This document shows positions 23,731-35,652 of a stretch of 64,000 nucleotides of DNA, one piece after another. Origin of the DNA: Flectonema sp. DT1601 (lineage: Eukaryota). Each line of letters opens with the position of its first letter. The first letter of the stretch is position 1. The stretch spans positions 806,001 to 870,000 of the forward strand of contig OZ025784.1 of the NCBI GenBank assembly GCA_964019425.1. The letters are read 5' to 3'. The notes below the pieces were generated by a model, which did not search any database, was not told the DNA's origin, and saw only the letters and a list, made by a program, of their open reading frames with translations. Made by a program: the position numbers and the translations under genes.

Positions 23731-24984
23731 ATGTTCGAATCTATATCTGCAGTCATGCAAAGCAATCCATATTTTCATGCCGGAGCTGGACTTTACGGTA
23801 TTGGTGCTGCTCTGATGGTCGCGAGAACTGGAGGACGACTCGGAAAAGAATATATAAAAAGACGATTCATAACAACTGTTGAAGTCACAAACAGAGACCC
23901 AGCCTATCAATGGGTCATTGAATGGGTAGCAAAACACCACGGTGAATCCTACCTACACAAGTCAATAATGACTTCTAACTTAGTAGTCCACGCAAATGAC
24001 AGCGTTTCTGCGAAAATGAAATATGTACCTTCTCCCGGAACTCATTTTTTTATGCATAGCAATAGGTTTTTTTGGGTTAAAAGAAGTAGACAAGTTGAAA
24101 AAACACATGGGACAGATGTATTAGAAACCGTCTTAATAGGGACTCTAGGATCATCGTGGAAGCTAATGGACAGCATGCTGAATGATGCTTGTAATGAAGC
24201 CTCAATCCTTGATAAAGACAGAACTATAATATACACTACGACTGGTGGATCCAAATGGACTCGTTTTCAAGATCCAAGAGTGAAAAAACCATTAGCATCA
24301 GTGATCCTTCCTTCTGATAAAAAACCGAGAATTTTAAAAGACATTTCTCGATTTTTAAATGACAGGAATTGGTATGAAGGAATGGGTATCCCATACAGAA
24401 GAGGTTACTTACTTTACGGACCTCCTGGATGTGGAAAATCTAGTTTTGTACTGGGACTCGCAGGAGAACTATCAATGGCAATATGTATCCTTTCTCTCAG
24501 TAATAGACATCTTGATGATGAGGGGTTGATGTTATTATTAAATACCGCACCTCAAAGATCAATTGTCCTACTTGAGGATGTAGACAGAGCGTTCTCTAAC
24601 GATAGTCGAGTTACTATAAGTGGTTTGTTGAACTCAGTTGATGGTGTCGCTGCTCAAGAAGGACGTCTTTTATTCTTAACAACGAATCATATTAATAAAT
24701 TAGATGATGCTTTGATCAGACCAGGCCGTTGTGATGTTAAATTATTATTCCCGAATAGCACTTCTGAACAACAACAAAAATTATTTCTCAGATTCTTTCC
24801 TGACCAGACTGATCAATCAATAAGGTTCACTGATGAAATATCCAAATTAATAAAATCAGCTCACCTACCAGATGGACCATCAATGGCTGCCTTGCAAGGT
24901 CACCTGTTTTCATTTCGTGAGAGTTCTGAGGAATGCATCGCTTCACTGCCAGAGTTTATTGAGGGAGAGACGCTACCTCCTTAG
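23731..24984 (+). CDS. BCS1: Mitochondrial AAA chaperone BCS1
   Basis: N-terminal NPYF.AG.GL TM segment; GIPYRRGYLLYGPPGCGKSS Walker A; LLEDVD Walker B; TISGLLN..DG; RPGRCD. Confidence 0.96.
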   Translation: MFESISAVMQSNPYFHAGAGLYGIGAALMVARTGGRLGKEYIKRRFITTVEVTNRDPAYQWVIEWVAKHHGESYLHKSIMTSNLVVHANDSVSAKMKYVPSPGTHFFMHSNRFFWVKRSRQVEKTHGTDVLETVLIGTLGSSWKLMDSMLNDACNEASILDKDRTIIYTTTGGSKWTRFQDPRVKKPLASVILPSDKKPRILKDISRFLNDRNWYEGMGIPYRRGYLLYGPPGCGKSSFVLGLAGELSMAICILSLSNRHLDDEGLMLLLNTAPQRSIVLLEDVDRAFSNDSRVTISGLLNSVDGVAAQEGRLLFLTTNHINKLDDALIRPGRCDVKLLFPNSTSEQQQKLFLRFFPDQTDQSIRFTDEISKLIKSAHLPDGPSMAALQGHLFSFRESSEECIASLPEFIEGETLPP

Positions 24985-25403
24985 TGATGGTAAGAAAGTA
25001 GGAAAATGTTTTTTTAAAAAAAAAAGATGATCGTTGGTTTTTGTTTGGAAATGACTTCCGAGAGAGGGGTCAACACACTAAATGCGTTCTATTCGTTTTT
25101 TTTTTTTTTGTTTTCAAATGACAGTTGTTGTTGTCTGCTGCTAAAGCATCTTTTATCAAATAAAAAAAACCAAACGAATGAGAACTCAGTACGTCGTCTC
25201 TTTATTACAAAAAGACGTTAAGAGGTTTCCCCAAACAGAGGGGATTTTTTTTTTTTTTTTTTTTGCTTCAATTCATAACCAGAGTAGAATATCGATTGTG
25301 GTTAAGAATAGCTTTGTAGCTTTGTCTCTCTCTGTCTAATGATTATTTTTATAGGGTTTTAAAAAAAAAAAAAAAAAATTGAATAAAATAAATGCCGTGA
25401 AGG

Positions 25404-25748
25404 ATGCCGTTGAGTGTCACGATTTCGTTTCCTGCAGCTACTGCTCCAGCCGATACTGCTGAGAAGGAATTGGGTGCTGATGGAGCCTTGGCAGTTGCTT
25501 TAGGGATCCTTGTTGTGTTTACCTTAATAGCAATTTGTATTTTAAAATCTCGGATTGGAAAGAGGAATCAACCGAAGAAAAAGATTTCTTCAACGACGGG
25601 TTCACTTCCGAGGAGAGAGAGTGTTGAGGCACCTCATCCCAACTTGACCCTTGAGCTCCTAACAACAGCTCCGCGGCAAGGGATCTGCTTATACGAAAAT
25701 AAACCTGATTATGAACCTCCTCATCAGGAAGATGATATCTTATTGTGA
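25404..25748 (+). CDS. Small single-pass membrane protein (114 aa)
   Basis: One hydrophobic helix (ALAVALGILVVFTLIAICIL) followed by basic residues. Confidence 0.55.
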   Translation: MPLSVTISFPAATAPADTAEKELGADGALAVALGILVVFTLIAICILKSRIGKRNQPKKKISSTTGSLPRRESVEAPHPNLTLELLTTAPRQGICLYENKPDYEPPHQEDDILL

Positions 25749-26823
25749 AGAAGTATTTACGTCAATCGCAGAGTGTGTGTACCTACACTAACATTACCTG
25801 TAGTCAGTTGTATCTCAGAACTAATGTTGTTTTATGATACAGTACATTTGTATTTTACGTACAAAATCAAACGGTTAACCCCCTCCCAGCAAGAAGATGG
25901 CATCTCATTGTGAAGAAACACTTAAAAAGTTGAGAATTACAGCTTACAGACGTGTTTTTTTAAATTTTTTTTTTTTTTTTTCCTAATATATCAAAATTCT
26001 GTTATTCTATTCTTTATTGTTTTGTTGTCAGTTTCTTACGTGTGAGTTATGGAAAAAAAAAAAAAAAAAAAAAAACCTCACTTTTAGAATAGTGTGGGTG
26101 AAAAAATAAAAAAGTGTGAGTTGCTTGCATTCTTCTTTGATCAATTTTTTTATATTTTTTATATTTTTTTCTTTTTGAATCGCCCGCAAACCCCTCTCAC
26201 CTGTACAAAAAAAAAAAAAAAAAAAAAAAGAAATAAAATAAAGTTCTATGACGAATGTAATTATGCTGACGTGTGGCATCAAATCACTGTGATCGAGAAA
26301 GACTCTTGTTTGATATTTGTTGCTTCTTGTTGTGTCATTTCAGTAGCGAAACCATTGTGATATTTGTTTCAGCTTTTAGGGAGCCAATCTTTATTCTGTT
26401 TTTTGTCTGAACAACAACAACAATTTTTTTTTTCTCCACCCCCTTTTCCCACATACCATCAGCATTAGTTAATAGATAGCACCTCTAACGAAAAAAAGGT
26501 TGCGGACTGTGTTCTCTGTTGTTGTGAGATACTCTCTTAGAGAACACTCATAATTAACGGTAGCATCGTCGTGACTCACCGCACTAGTTGGTATCCTGCG
26601 TTCGCTAATACTTATTTTGAGGGACTGTGTTAAATGGTAAAGAAAATAACTATGTTGACGTAGTCCCTTTGCTGAGAAGGGCAAACGTGATGAGTAGGAC
26701 ACGCAGTGTCCCCTCACTTGCTTACTTCGCTGAAGAGGGGCTGGGTAAGGGGAATGTTCGGAAAAAAAAGATTTTTTTTAATTTCAGTGGCCACCAAAAC
26801 AAATATTTGTTTGGTTATCCTTA

Positions 26824-26860
<37 letters not shown>

Positions 26861-26862
<2 letters not shown>

Positions 26863-26982
26863 GCCGGGAAGAAACCACATGCTAGTACAGTTCTTTTACT
26901 TTTCTTTGTCTGCTGGAATTCTATCTGAGAAAAACTGGTAGTCTTTAAAATTGTAAGCCGATTCCAAGTTGCCTCCTGACGG
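26861..26982 (-). repeat. Inverted copy of 2302-2421
   Basis: Near-exact reverse complement. Confidence 0.9.
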
Positions 26983-29630
26983 TTTTGATTTTGACTGACC
27001 GATTAATACGATCATAGTATTGATTATTAGTCTGACTGACTTTTGGCTTCCTTCGATCTGTAAATAAATAGTCAGCACCTCTCTCTCACTGGGAGCATAA
27101 GCTCCTTTTTTTTTTGTTGTTGTTGTTGTAGTTTTTTTTATAATTTTTTTAAATATGGAAATGTTCATCAGACTTTGTTTTTTTTTAATCGGAATTGCTT
27201 TAATAGAATACGGAAAAAAAAAAAAAAGAAAAAAAAAATAATTTGAAAATAAGAATCAAAATTCCTGTATTCCTGCTATTCTTAGGCTTTGTAAAAAAAA
27301 AAAAAAAAAAAAAAAAATGACTTCCCGTTTTCGGATAGTTGTTCCAAGTGTTTTGGTGTTTTTAGCACACTTAAACATCGTTCAGTTTGGTTTTTTTCTT
27401 TCTTTTTTTTTTTTTTCCCCCCCCTCTTAAAACTTTCTGTAATGAAGAGAATAAGGGGGTACAGATGTATGTGGGTTGACTCAGAGATAACATTGCAGTC
27501 TACTGTGTCTTTCGTTTCGATGTTGTTGTGATGCGCATTTTTTTTTTCTTTTTCTGCAACGATGACGCTACTTTCGCAAATAGTTTGTTACCAATGACTT
27601 TCTTGGAACCTACAGTGCAGACATGATAGCGCGCAGAAAAAAAGAAATAGCAGATTTTCTGAATTTTGGAGATGCAGTGCATTTTTTTTCTTTTTTTTTT
27701 CTCCCCCTCCCTGCGCAATAATATTTCCAACTAGACAGTAAAAAAAAAAAATCAAAATAATTATTCCTCTTCACACATGACAGAAGCTACAGTGAGAATA
27801 CACTTGCGAGGAGAGGCGGATTAAAAAAGTGCGTACTTAGAAATGAGAATTGCTCTTTTTTTTTCCCAGTAAGTTATCTCTTTCTTTGGTGAGCTTTTAT
27901 CTTCTTGGGTTCTTACCTGTTAACGCATCTGTGAGATCTCGTCACCTATATCTTCTTCTTTCCTCCCTCCCTCTTCTTCTTTTTTTTGTGAATTGTGAGA
28001 ACTCGGTAGTTGCTACTTCAAAGCGAAGGAAGGAAGAAAAAAAAAAAAAAACGAATTCACCTCCGGAAAAGTTCGATTACCAATTGAACAAAAATAAACG
28101 GGATACTAATCTGAGTTTGACTTATGCAAACTACTTATTGGGATATTGTTGATCTCCGTGGTGTTGTTTTGTGGTCTTCGCTTTTTGTTGTAATTCCGAG
28201 TTCTGTTTCCCCCCCTTTCTGATTGCGAGCTTTTTTTTTTTCGTGCGTTGCCTTTTTATTGTGAACAATATGTATATAGCCATTACTAAGACAATACCTC
28301 TTAAGGTCTTTTATTTGTCGTATCGATGATGTGATACGCAATGTAACGAAGACCACTATATCTAATGTTCTATCTGCTGTTTTCCTTTTTGTTCTCCTTT
28401 GGATTCATATGTATCAATCAGTTTGTACGTAGCACTCTAGTCTAAGGTTTGTTGTTTCATGAATCTCTTTTTTTTCTTATTTTATCATAGCTCAGGCCTA
28501 CGTTTCCTCTCGCCAGTGAGTGTCTCACGGCTGTGTGGTATTCGGTGTGGTTGGCTTTTTCTAGTGTCAAGCAACTGTTATGTTGTCTGAGGGTGATTTT
28601 TTTTTCCCCTCGGCTTAGCCAGTTTCAAGTTGCTTTATATTTAATCATAGTAACAAGTTAACCTCCATTTTTTTTTTTAGAATCCCAAATAACTTTTTAT
28701 ATGAGACGAGGGGGGTAAGAATAATAATCTAACCGTGTACCCTGAGTTTTTCCTGACTTTGGGTTTCCAAGGCTTTTAAAAAAAAAAAAAAAAAATGTTT
28801 GACAGTACCTCACAGTCAGACACACGGATTACGTTTTTATGGAATGGGAATTCCCTTTCTCAGGTGAGGAGGGAAATGAAAAAAAAAAAAAAAAACCCAA
28901 ACCGAAGAGTTTCTTCTCATTTTCCACGTCTCTTATCGTCTGTGAGAGTCTCACTCTGCAAGATCCCTTCAGTTACGTTGGGTTTCGTGAATATTGCGTT
29001 TCCCCCCCCTTTTTTTTCTCTTCTTTCCCTTCATTCGTATTTTAGTGCGTGAAAAAAAAAAAAAAAAACCCTGTCCACTTTTCTCCTTTTCCTCCCTTTT
29101 GCCAGTCTTTGTTACATAGCAACCTAGTTTAGGGGAGGTTGGTCGAATCCAGTTTTGAGGTGCTTTATATTTTAGTTGTGGCATCTTTTTATAATGTAGA
29201 GTACTCAGAACTAACTTTAAGGCTCCTGAAACTACGTATTCCACAAGTGTATTATGGAACAGCAGAACAATGTGTTTTTATAATTTTTTTTATTTTTTTT
29301 TTATATATTTTAATTTAGTGCACTTTTTTTATAATAAACTCATATTCTAACTTTTACAACACCAGAGTAGGACAGGTCTGACACCCTTCGATGAAGAGGG
29401 CTGGGTAAGGGGTCTGAAGCTAATATTCTGACATTAGCGAAGTAGTTTTTGGTTACTTATTCAATTATTTGTATTGATTAACTGTTGATGTGGTGTTCAG
29501 ATATTTATATCATCATATCATAGTAGTGTGGAGAATTATTTAGTGGTGTGTCCATCCTTTTTTATAAACAGATATATCATATTGTGTTCTCTGTTTGATG
29601 TGAATCACTCTCATAGAAATATTCATGTAA

Positions 29631-29724
29631 TCTGTGAGAGTCTCACGGTTGCTGGTAGCGATATAACTGTTACTCTGTGAGCTTTTCCTGGCTTTTGGCT
29701 TCCTAGGCTTCGTAAATAAATAAT
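29631..29724 (+). mobile_element. Short 3'-end fragment of the LINE, with (TAAA)n tail
   Basis: tctgtgagagtctcacggttgctggtagcgatataac..ggcttcgtaaataaataat. Confidence 0.8.
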
Positions 29725-31324
29725 CAAATTAACTATATTTGGTTGATGGACGTTCTTCTGCACCAAACTGACAATGGGAAAAATAGAAATAAGTTATGTT
29801 TTTTCATCATTTTTGAAACTTAAATTTAGTTTTTTTTTTTTTAAAGTCGCTTTTTATATTTAATTTACCTGATGATCGATGTTATGGGTTGCGTGTTTGT
29901 TGTGTAAATCGTATTGTAGTAATTGTTAGTTTGGAAACGGTTATGAATTGTGTCCTCTGTTTGCTGTGAGTTACCCTTATAGAGCTTATAGTGTAAAGGA
30001 AAGATTTTTTTTAATTTTAGTCACCGAAAAACCCCGCAAAACTATTATTTTGTTTGGTTATCCTACGAAAATTCTGTGTTATTCAAACTTATTTTGGAAC
30101 ATCACTGCCTTAATTTATTTAAGGTGAGTGTTCCGTTAGTAGTGTGCTACGAACTAGCAATTGTTGCTAACAACCTTTTTTTTTTATAAAGAATTCTACT
30201 AAGAAATGTTCATTTTTATTTTTTTATAAAAGATACGAAAACAGCCCCCACAAAAAAAACCATTATTTTGTTTGGTTATCCTACGAACGATGTACTAGTA
30301 ACAACAAGAAAAATGTTTTTTTTTATAAACATTATAACAAAAGTAACTACATCTTAGTCTTGCTAACTAAGATGCTTCAGTCACAATAGATGATTGACTT
30401 ACTTCTACACCATACTGATGATGAGAGAATAGAGGTAAAGAGGTATATGGATTACTCTCGAAACCTAATAGTTACTTTATTATGCTAAGTTGCGCATCAC
30501 ACCTAGTCACTATATCTAAAACTAATGTTAAATTATCGTTATGTTGTTTATGATACAATACATTTGTATTTTACGTACAAAATCAAACAGTTAACACTCC
30601 AAAACCTTTATTTTGTTTGGTTATCCTACGAAAATTCTTTTTTTTTTTTGTTGCAATTTTGATTTTTTTTTTCTTCTTAAAAAAACTAATCTTTTTTGCT
30701 AACTAAACTAACTATTACTATTAGCTACCTGTTTGTTATGTTGTGATGTATTTTCGTTAAGTATTTTTTCGTAGTGTGATTTTTTTTTTTTTTTTTTTGA
30801 ATAACCTAAAAAAAAAAAAAGGAACTGTATGCAGACTTACAGGGATAATTATTTATAAGAAAAAAAACTTTTTTTTTTTTTGGCCGAAACGGTATTGGAT
30901 TGTGTCTTCTGTTGTTGTGAATTACCCTTCTTAAGAGTACTTATAAAAAAAAAAAACCAGCAACGTTTTTGGATTAAAAAAAAAAAAAAAAAACTGACTA
31001 ATTGCCGAGAAGAAATCATTTCTTTTTGAAATGGACCACAACTTACTAATTGTATCTAAGAGGGACAAAAGTAGTATAAGATTAAGGCTCCCGAAAGTTA
31101 TGCATTCCATTTTTTTTTTAAACTTTTTTTTTATTTATTATATTTTTGACTAAGTACACTAATCACATAATAAGTTTATATGATTCGGACTAACTAACAA
31201 AAAAAAAAAAAAAAAAACCTTTCGGTAAGTTGCTGTGATGGTTTTCAAATCTGTTGTATTATTAACTTTTTTTCAATTTTTTCAATTTTGTTAATTTTTT
31301 TTTTTTTTCAATTATTTGGTAGGC

Positions 31325-31612
31325 AATTCAGGGCAGAAATCGTTTTATCGATGATCCGGCGCAGTCATGACCTTAAACTGACTGTCGTCTGTTATTCGAT
31401 TGGACACCGTCAAAGGGTTTCATCAAACTGTGTTGGACCTTTCAGACATGTATTAACAATGGAATTACCATTGTTATCAAACTGAATGTCGTAAGGTATT
31501 TTCCCCCCTGCGTAGATTATGGCTGATTTAATGAGCCGTCTGCAGACTCAATGTGATCCATTTACTCTGAGACTTGCATGGCTTAATCCTTGAAACAAGC
31601 ATATGTCTATTG
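31325..31612 (-). rRNA. 18S rRNA 5'-end fragment (pseudogene)
   Basis: Minus strand reads catatgcttgtttcaaggattaagccatgcaagtctcag..ggctcattaaatcag..gataacaatggtaattc..taatacatg..atttctgccct, colinear with the conserved SSU 5' domain. Confidence 0.88.
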
Positions 31613-32299
31613 CTGTGATGAAGCGACATGTGTTCGTGGCAGTTACAAGTTGACGCGACATGCGGTTCTGAGAGAACCTAATAATCACACCGTTACCTAC
31701 ATATGTCCTTAGTGTGATCTCTTTAATTAACCAGTTGGGTTCCTCTTGTTCGTAACAGTTACAAGTTAGACGCGACGTGCAGAGGCCCATAGTGACCAGT
31801 GAGTCTCACAGTTGTTGAGCTTGATAAAAAAATAAAATAAAAAAACTTCTAATCTCTTATTTCTTTGATATGTAGTAACGTTCTTCGGGATCCGATCGTT
31901 CGTAAACGTCTTACTCACATTGATTGTTTTTGTAAAAAAAAGGATATTTTCACACAAAAAAAAAAAAACAATTCTAACTTCTTTTTTGCATTTAACAAAG
32001 CATTGTAAAAATGAAAAAAGAATGTTGGCAGCACACCTTTAGCTTTATCAGTTTAAGTCGGTTCACGAGTCTCGTGACACAAACAACCCTTTTCATCCCC
32101 CTTTTTAAAATCCCTCATTTTTTTAATGCGAAAAAAAAAAACTCGCTTCAAAATTTCAGTAGCGAACAAAGTATATGTGATTTGGTATGACTTGCTTTTT
32201 TGGTTGTTTTTAGTTACAAAATCATGTAATTTAATTTCTTTTTTTTTTTTTTTAATATTCAGAATACAGAAGAAACTCCCACAGAGTTGCAGAAAGCAT

Positions 32300-32473
32300 C
32301 GATGATTGCAATTATTCTCCTTGAATGAGGAATGAGGAATGAGGAATGAGGAATGAGGAATGAGGAATGAGGAATGAGGAATGAGGAATGAGGAATGAGG
32401 AATGAGGAATGCCTAGTAGGCGCAAGTCATCAGCTTGCACTGATGACGTTCCCTGCCATTTGTACACACCGCC
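32300..32473 (+). rRNA. 18S rRNA 3'-region fragment (pseudogene) with an internal (GAGGAAT)x12 expansion
   Basis: ttgcaattatt..ttgaat[gaggaat]12gcctagtaggcgcaagtcatcagcttgcactgatgacgttccctgccatttgtacacaccgcc matches SSU sequence up to the universal TGTACACACCGCC. Confidence 0.9.
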
Positions 32474-32523
32474 ATTGATAACGAGATGTGAAGTTACTTT
32501 ACCCCCACCAGTATATGAGAATA

Positions 32524-32815
32524 GGCGTTATCAGTCGTCTCTAACACTGTCTGCTCGCGTGGATGGTGGGTTTAGGTAGTCATTTGTTCCAGGTTATTCT
32601 ACGTCTCTTATCGTCTGTGAGAGTCTCCACGGTGTTGGCTGGTAGCGATATAACTGTTACCCCACCCTGTATCCTTAACAGATGTTAAACCATCGCTATG
32701 TTACGCGATACAAAACAGTTGTATTTTACAAATTCAAACATTCAACCCACCCTGTTAGAGCTTTTTCCTGGCTTTTTTTTTTGGCTTCCTAGGGATTCGT
32801 ATATAAATAAAATAT
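32524..32815 (+). mobile_element. Diverged LINE 3'-UTR fragment carrying a templated insertion
   Basis: Matches 45723-45890; interrupted by a ~75-bp insert bracketed by cccaccctgt repeats (32661, 32746). Confidence 0.75.
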
Positions 32816-32857
32816 AACCCAGTAATAAACTAAAACACACAAAAAAAAAAAAAAAAA

Positions 32858-33580
32858 ATGGTAAAGGATATTGATAAACAAGCCTTGGAAGAAGAGGTAA
32901 AGAAAAACGTTAAAAGTATGAGAGACGATGGAATGAAAGAAATTTACAAAACAAGAATGGAAAAATTAAAACATGAGGTCGCTGATAAGCTTTCGATTTT
33001 TAAAGACGATCTTTACCATGATTTCACACCTCAGCAGTTTATAGAAATCGCCTGGGGAGGCGGTGATACAGAGGATGTTGCTCTCAATGGAAACACGTTA
33101 ATTTTGGATAAAATACAACCGAAACCGGTTTACATGTTTGAAACTGGAGAAGGCATCCAATATTGTTTAATATCGTTCGATGCGGATGCGAAGACACTTT
33201 TATGGTCAAGGTTTAATATTACTGGAGATACAAAATATTCAACTGGCAGAGACTGGTTCAGATGGCAACCACCACATCCTAGTGATGATGGAAAGGCTCA
33301 TAGGATCATATTTATGTTGTTTCATCAAAAAACTGACATCGATCTCAAAATTTTAAAAACGATTTCGAAATTTTCATCTGAAGGAAGGAGCAATTTTTGT
33401 CCAAAACGCTTTGCTGAGTTATTCAATTTACAGATAGTTGTTGGACTCAACGGAATCAAAACTAAATTCACACCAATTTCTGATGTTTTCAGAAAATCAC
33501 TAAAACCGACTGTGGACATGACAGAAAATAAAGAAAAACCGAATTCACTTCCTGAGGGGTGGTTCGAGTCCACCACGTAA
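32858..33580 (+). CDS. PEBP (phosphatidylethanolamine-binding)-domain protein, possibly mitoribosomal mL38-like
   Basis: V..GN.L, Y.L...D.D, W...NI.G, PP.P....G..HR..F.LF.Q pattern of the PEBP fold. Confidence 0.75.
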   Translation: MVKDIDKQALEEEVKKNVKSMRDDGMKEIYKTRMEKLKHEVADKLSIFKDDLYHDFTPQQFIEIAWGGGDTEDVALNGNTLILDKIQPKPVYMFETGEGIQYCLISFDADAKTLLWSRFNITGDTKYSTGRDWFRWQPPHPSDDGKAHRIIFMLFHQKTDIDLKILKTISKFSSEGRSNFCPKRFAELFNLQIVVGLNGIKTKFTPISDVFRKSLKPTVDMTENKEKPNSLPEGWFESTT

Positions 33581-34212
33581 GTAGTGCACATCCTCTCTAA
33601 CGTATCCAACATTGGTAGGGTATTTCATACATGATGAGGATAGATTTTTTTTTTTTTTTTTTAAAAAAGAAAAGAAGAAAAAGAGAGTCAAAACCGCTTA
33701 ATTAGTAACTTTATTTTATTTCATAAGTGCTTCCTTCGTGAACGAAGAAAAGTTTAAATTTTTTTTTTCCACCCCCCCTCCCTCTTCACAGGACGAATCG
33801 GCTCCAAGTATCCTTTTTTTTTTTGTTAGCTTACAATTGTTGGATAAAAACTCAATTATTATAACAACCTTACAGTTGAAGTTGTTAAGTGTTTCACCCC
33901 TCCCGAATCCCCATATTCGACAGCACATAAATGATTCTTTATTGATACCAATTGTTGATTTTCTTATATTGCAACCAGGTTTGGCCGAACCCTATTCTCG
34001 TTTTAGCCAGTTTCAAATTGCTTTCCATTTAATATTAGTATCAAGTTACCTCCCCACAGGTATATGGATTACTCTCGAAACCTAAATAGTTACTTTAAAA
34101 GGCTAAGTTAAGCATCACCATAGTTCACTGTATCCTTAACAGATTGTTAAATTATCGTTTTAAGTTGATGTGATACAAAAACAGTTGTATTTTTACAAAT
34201 TCAAACATTAAA

Positions 34213-34290
34213 CTCCCCACAGGACCACGACACTGAGGGGTTCATTATGTCGGAGGTGTTTTCATATATTCTTGTATATTGAATGATAAT
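34213..34290 (+). pseudogene. Diverged fragment of the DHHC gene 5' end
   Basis: ctccccacaggaccacgacactgaggggttcattatgtcgga..ttttcatatatt versus 35639-35695; ATG mutated to ACG. Confidence 0.75.
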
Positions 34291-34463
34291 AACTTTGTAC
34301 CCTTCGGTGTGTACTAATTCTGAATAATTTATATCGATCGATACCAACTCTTTCGATAGGTAAACTGACATACCTGTTTATTATTTCTTCATTCTCTTCT
34401 TTTGCTGGTGTTGCTCAATTCGACAGACGTGTTTATGTAGTCAAGCAAGCAATCCTCATTGCC

Positions 34464-35265
34464 TCAACATGGTTAGTCATGGGGTTGGAAATAACTATTT
34501 CCCTCCCCTCTAGAGACCTTGTGAGATCTTTCAATTCTTCTGAAGTACAAATAAAGTTAGTGATGATGTTTGCGGTGTTGTGTAGTTACCATACTTTACT
34601 AATTACGTTTCAGTGTCTATCTGGTGACGTGATACCAAGGGTGTGGGAGATAAAATACTTCGCCTTCAAGTCGTCGGTTGTCAACGGGAGTGGTTTGGAG
34701 GTGACTATTTCCTTCCCTTCTTGAGACGTTGTGAGAATAACGTTTTTAGCACAACACCTGCTGTAACATATCATATTACGAAAGGAGGTTTTCTTAAACT
34801 AAAATATCCCTCGTCTTGTCAACATGGTTAGTCATGGGATTGGAAATAACTATTTCCCTCCCCTCTAGAGACCTTGTGAGATCCTTTATGGTGTTTCACA
34901 AGTAGTTCTACTACGATATTTATCGCATTGAGTACGAAGGCGATTTATTCAAAGCTGAGCGCACGCACTTAAGGTGGGTGAGTTATGGGGTGCCGCATCG
35001 ACGAAATGCCTTCAATGTCCCCGGTAGACTCAATCTTAGGTTCCAGATACGTAAGGTTAATGTTCACATCTCAAGTAATCCCCCCTTTGCCTCTGCCCAC
35101 TCAAGGTAATGTGTGGATCAGACTTTCCCTGGGCGGGTAGATCTACTCGTATTAACTAAAATATCCCTCGTCTTGTCAACATGGTTAGTCATGGGATTGG
35201 AAATAACTATTTCCCTCCCCTCTAGAGACCTTGTGAGATCTCTCAATTCTTCTGAAGTACAAACT
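34464..35265 (+). repeat. Three near-identical ~65-90-bp direct repeats (~34464, ~34819, ~35176) plus a diverged copy (~34680), separated by unrelated spacers
   Basis: tcaacatggttagtcatggg.ttggaaataactatttccctcccctctagagaccttgtgagatc occurs three times. Confidence 0.85.
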
Positions 35266-35270
35266 GTGAA

Positions 35271-35395
35271 TATCCATGATCATACTTTGTATTAATTATT
35301 CTGCTGTTGTTTGTAGACCTGGAGGTATCTCTGATTTGATAACGGTAACACTGTGTGGGTTGTTGATGACTTCGTATTTAAAAAAAACTGTTTTT
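35271..35395 (+). pseudogene. Exact internal fragment of the DHHC CDS placed upstream of the gene
   Basis: Identical to ~35708-35829 (atatccatgatcatac..gacttcgtatttaaaa). Confidence 0.9.
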
Positions 35396-35652
35396 TTTTA
35401 AAACCTTTTTGCAGTTAGTTTTTTCTCTCTGAAATTCATTAAAATATTTATTTGATTTTAAAGTGTGAACCAGGGCTACAGGACATGGGGCACTCAACCT
35501 AGTAGTACGTGGCCCCCGAATCCCCATATTCGACAGCACATATGGGGTTTTATCGATACCAACTGTTGGTCTCTTTTCATTTCAATCAGGTTTGGCTGAA
35601 CCCTATATTCGTTTTAGCCAGTTTTCAAGTTGCTTTACCTCCCCACAGGACC

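Noticed and set aside
34464..35265. CRISPR-like repeat/spacer array
   Set aside because: Repeats too long (65-90 bp), spacers ~270 bp, unequal boundaries
35509..35652. N-terminal extension of the DHHC ORF (likewise 10262-10357)
   Set aside because: Non-ATG starts from the ORF caller; the sequence is a repeated intergenic module or pyrimidine tract upstream of an AG
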